Positions 13,921 through 16,680 of a DNA stretch of 16,680 nucleotides are shown here, piece by piece. Source of the DNA: an uncultured Oscillospiraceae bacterium (GTDB lineage: Bacteria; Bacillota; Clostridia; Oscillospirales; Oscillospiraceae); NCBI GenBank assembly GCA_934661135.1, contig CAKUJA010000050.1:1-16680 (forward strand). Direction: 5' to 3'. Under the pieces are notes generated by a model. That model did not search any database, had not been told where the DNA came from, and saw only the letters and a program-made list of their open reading frames with translations. Made by a program: the position numbers and the translations under genes. The number at the start of each line of letters is the position of its first letter. The stretch's first letter is position 1.

Positions 13921-15287
13921 TGGCAATTACAAAGATTCTGTACCGGAACGGCGGCTTGCGGCAGGCGATCGATTACATCACGAATCCTGCTAAAACGAAC
14001 GAGCAACTGCTGACTGATTATGTCCGCTGCGATCCCGGTCATGCCGCGCAACAGATGATGGACACAAAGCGCGCCCTTGGCAAAACCGCCGGACGGCAGT
14101 GCTATCACATCATTCAGTCTTTCAAGCCGGACGAGATCACGCCGGAGCTGGCACATGAGATCGCCAGACAATTCGCAGCCGAGCATTTGCCGGGATACGA
14201 AGCCGTCATTGCGACCCATGTGGACAAAGCACATATTCACTCACATATTGTGTTCAACTCGGTCAATGCCGTCACCGGGAAAATGTATCACAGCACCCGC
14301 GAAAACAACTACAAGCAGATTCGCGGCGTTTCAGACCGGCTGTGCAAAGCGCATGGTTTGAGCATCGTTTTGGAAAACGATGAAAAGAAAGCTGTCAGCT
14401 ATGCGGAGTGGTTGCGTCAGAAAAAGAGCCAGCCGACGTTCCGCTCTATGCTCGAAGCGGACTTGCACGATGCCATCGAGGATGCCAACGATCTCGGTCA
14501 CTTTTTCCTTCTTATGGAGCATAGGGGCTATGAGATCCATCACGGCAAACGCCTTGGATTTCGGTTACGCGGGCAGGAACATTTCATGTGTCCGGAACGC
14601 AGAAATCCAGCCTTCTCAGAAGAACGTATTGAACAGGCCATTCTGGGCAATCTGGAGCAAATCGAAGCTGGAAGAAAACCTGCCTTCACGCCGAAGCCAA
14701 AGCTGCAGCCATATCGCCCACATCCAAAGTACACGGGATTCCTTGCGCTATATTATCACTACTGCTATCTGCTTGATCGAATTGAAAAACGGCAGTACCC
14801 GCCGCGCATGACGCCACACTTACGAAAAGAGATCATGAAGGCTGATATTTACAAAGCACGTCTGAAATTTTTACAGGAACAGAATATCTGCACACCGGAC
14901 GATTTGGCTGGCTGCATACAGAATATAGAACAGAAGATTGCAAAACTGTCCAAACAGCGAACGGTTCTGAACGTGCGTAAGAAAAAGCGAAAGACGCTCT
15001 ATGATGCTCTGGCGGCAGAAGCTGCCTTCGAAGGATTTGAGCCAAAGAAAGCAGAATATGACGATGCAAAAGAGGTTCTGGATACTTGCGGCATTTCGCG
15101 GCAAACCCTCACGGAGGAAAAAGCGGATCTCTATGAGCAGCTTGCGCAGGTCAATCAGCAGATCCGGCAAGAGCGCTGGAAGCTCAAGCAATGCAAGGAA
15201 ATCTCGGAGACGGCAGTCATCATGCAGCGGGACATCGACCGCGTTGAACAGCAGCCGCAGCGGATAGCTGTCACACGGCAGCGGTAA
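13920..15287 (+). CDS. Relaxase/mobilization nuclease (MobA/VirD2 family)
   Basis: 455 aa. The N-terminal relaxase domain has the histidine-triad motif HVDKAHIHSHIVFNSV and a Tyr-containing N-terminus (MAITKILYRNGG...). The C-terminal part looks coiled-coil-like. Confidence 0.9.
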   Translation: MAITKILYRNGGLRQAIDYITNPAKTNEQLLTDYVRCDPGHAAQQMMDTKRALGKTAGRQCYHIIQSFKPDEITPELAHEIARQFAAEHLPGYEAVIATHVDKAHIHSHIVFNSVNAVTGKMYHSTRENNYKQIRGVSDRLCKAHGLSIVLENDEKKAVSYAEWLRQKKSQPTFRSMLEADLHDAIEDANDLGHFFLLMEHRGYEIHHGKRLGFRLRGQEHFMCPERRNPAFSEERIEQAILGNLEQIEAGRKPAFTPKPKLQPYRPHPKYTGFLALYYHYCYLLDRIEKRQYPPRMTPHLRKEIMKADIYKARLKFLQEQNICTPDDLAGCIQNIEQKIAKLSKQRTVLNVRKKKRKTLYDALAAEAAFEGFEPKKAEYDDAKEVLDTCGISRQTLTEEKADLYEQLAQVNQQIRQERWKLKQCKEISETAVIMQRDIDRVEQQPQRIAVTRQR

Positions 15288-15382
15288 GGCGTGTCGTGCC
15301 GATGTGTGCGGTTTTATAGGCCGACCGCGCAGCCGTGCAGGTCTGCGCCACGCAAACGCCGCGTCCGCCCACCGTGCGGCGC

Positions 15383-15416
15383 AAAAAAACGAGGGCTGGC
15401 ATCAAGCCAGCCCTCG
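15383..15416 (-). terminator. Rho-independent terminator of the minus-strand membrane-protein gene; may also stop relaxase transcription
   Basis: 11-bp stem CGAGGGCTGGC (15390-15400) / GCCAGCCCTCG (15406-15416). A 7-nt A-run on plus (15383-15389) gives a U-tail on the minus strand. The stop codon of the minus-strand CDS lies in the loop. Confidence 0.7.
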
Positions 15417-15638
15417 CCTTGCAAATCGAATGAGGGAGATGATCCATGACAGCATCACGCAGCCCAGCATCACCAGAAAAATCCCATCCGCCAGTGTCGC
15501 GTGCACACGATACCACGGTTGAAATACAGTGAGCATCAGCACCAGGTACACCAGCGGAATGGATAATCTTAATTTCATTGCAATACGAATCAGCAAAAGC
15601 AGCAGTTGAATCATCACGGAAAAACAGGCAGTTAACAT
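15402..15638 (-). CDS. Small hydrophobic membrane protein (78 aa, about 3 predicted TM segments), function unknown
   Basis: The minus strand reads GAGGAGG, 7 nt, then ATG at 15638. The sequence is strongly hydrophobic (QLLLLLIRIA, LVYLVLMLTVF, IFLVMLGCVMLSWIISLI). A dedicated terminator follows. Confidence 0.6.
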   Translation of the reverse strand: MLTACFSVMIQLLLLLIRIAMKLRLSIPLVYLVLMLTVFQPWYRVHATLADGIFLVMLGCVMLSWIISLIRFARRGLA

Positions 15639-15730
15639 CGGCGATCCTCCTCAAACAGTTTGTCGGATGTTAACTCTCCTGGCTGCTTTTTGCAAGTACA
15701 TTTTTTGAAAATCAAATCAGGGAGGTCGTC

Positions 15731-15910
15731 ATGAACCAAACTACAAAACCAGCGGCCTGCCCTGATTCCGTCCGTGTTGAGCGCATTCAGATCTCGCACG
15801 GGCGAACTATCCGCATCGTCTCCGTTTTCCCCAAAAACGGAAGTCAGACAGCGGAAGAAAAACTCAGGGTTTTGGCCGCGTTGGAACTTCAGCGAAAAAA
15901 GTCGGTATAA
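15731..15910 (+). CDS. Small TnpW-like transposon-encoded protein (59 aa; below the ORF-track cutoff)
   Basis: GGGAGG RBS 6 nt upstream of ATG 15731. The product is MNQTTKPAACPDSVRVERIQISHGRTIRIVSVFPKNGSQTAEEKLRVLAALELQRKKSV. From memory, its pattern (...R-I-x-x-x-x-Y/I-x-V...F...T-x-E-(D/E)-K-L-x-x-L) resembles small proteins found beside serine recombinases in clostridial elements. Confidence 0.5.
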   Translation: MNQTTKPAACPDSVRVERIQISHGRTIRIVSVFPKNGSQTAEEKLRVLAALELQRKKSV

Positions 15911-15927
15911 GGGCTAGACTTCTCGCG

Positions 15928-15965
15928 CCGCTTGGAGTATTGTGTGCTCACAATGCTCTGAGCGG
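15928..15965 (+). promoter_or_regulatory. 17-bp RNA hairpin just upstream of the serine-recombinase RBS
   Basis: CCGCTTGGAGTATTGTG (15928-15944) pairs with CACAATGCTCTGAGCGG (15949-15965) around a TGCT loop. The three non-Watson-Crick positions are all G-U wobbles on the plus-strand RNA. Confidence 0.45.
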
Positions 15966-15975
15966 TTTGACTTAA

Positions 15976-16680
<705 letters not shown>

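Noticed and set aside
15271-15654. 127-aa minus-strand ORF overlapping the 78-aa membrane-protein ORF in another frame
   Set aside because: It has no RBS and extends through the terminator hairpin and into the relaxase 3' end. The 78-aa frame has a GAGGAGG RBS and a coherent TM pattern.

Overview
This looks like a high-GC Firmicutes/Clostridia-type chromosomal segment. That assignment is inferred only from the gene families, the SLH-anchored surface protein and the GGAGG-type ribosome-binding sites. The window has three parts. (1) About 1-3.9 kb is housekeeping or defence: an Mrr-like restriction endonuclease-domain protein, then a divergently transcribed purine-salvage pair (a phosphoribosyltransferase and an NCS2/AzgA-type purine permease) with back-to-back promoters and clean terminators. 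(2) About 4.0-11.2 kb holds an XRE-HTH/TPR (RNPP-like) regulator and a small tyrosine recombinase. The recombinase stop codon abuts a ~285-bp segment bracketed by 17-bp perfect inverted repeats. That segment contains a near-consensus promoter pointing away from the downstream gene and a bidirectional terminator hairpin. It lies directly upstream of a 1537-aa secreted surface protein with an SGNH-hydrolase-like N-terminus, three ~200-aa modules, a Cys-rich region and three SLH domains. I read the segment as a recombinase-driven invertible (phase-variable) promoter captured in the OFF orientation. (3) About 11.2-16.68 kb is part of an integrative mobilizable element: a replisome-organizer/DnaC-like ATPase in one ORF, MobC, a MobA/VirD2-type relaxase, a small membrane protein on the opposite strand, a TnpW-like small protein, and a large serine recombinase cut by the window end. 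About 700 nt of non-coding, highly structured DNA precedes the element genes. It contains a consensus promoter overlapped by a perfect 12-bp palindrome, a short transcript ending at a terminator, and a ~300-bp long imperfect hairpin with 75-nt arms that I cannot assign to any known RNA or DNA element class. I saw no rRNA genes, intact tRNA genes or CRISPR arrays. Most long ORFs in the track that overlap the genes above are antisense or shadow ORFs typical of high-GC DNA.
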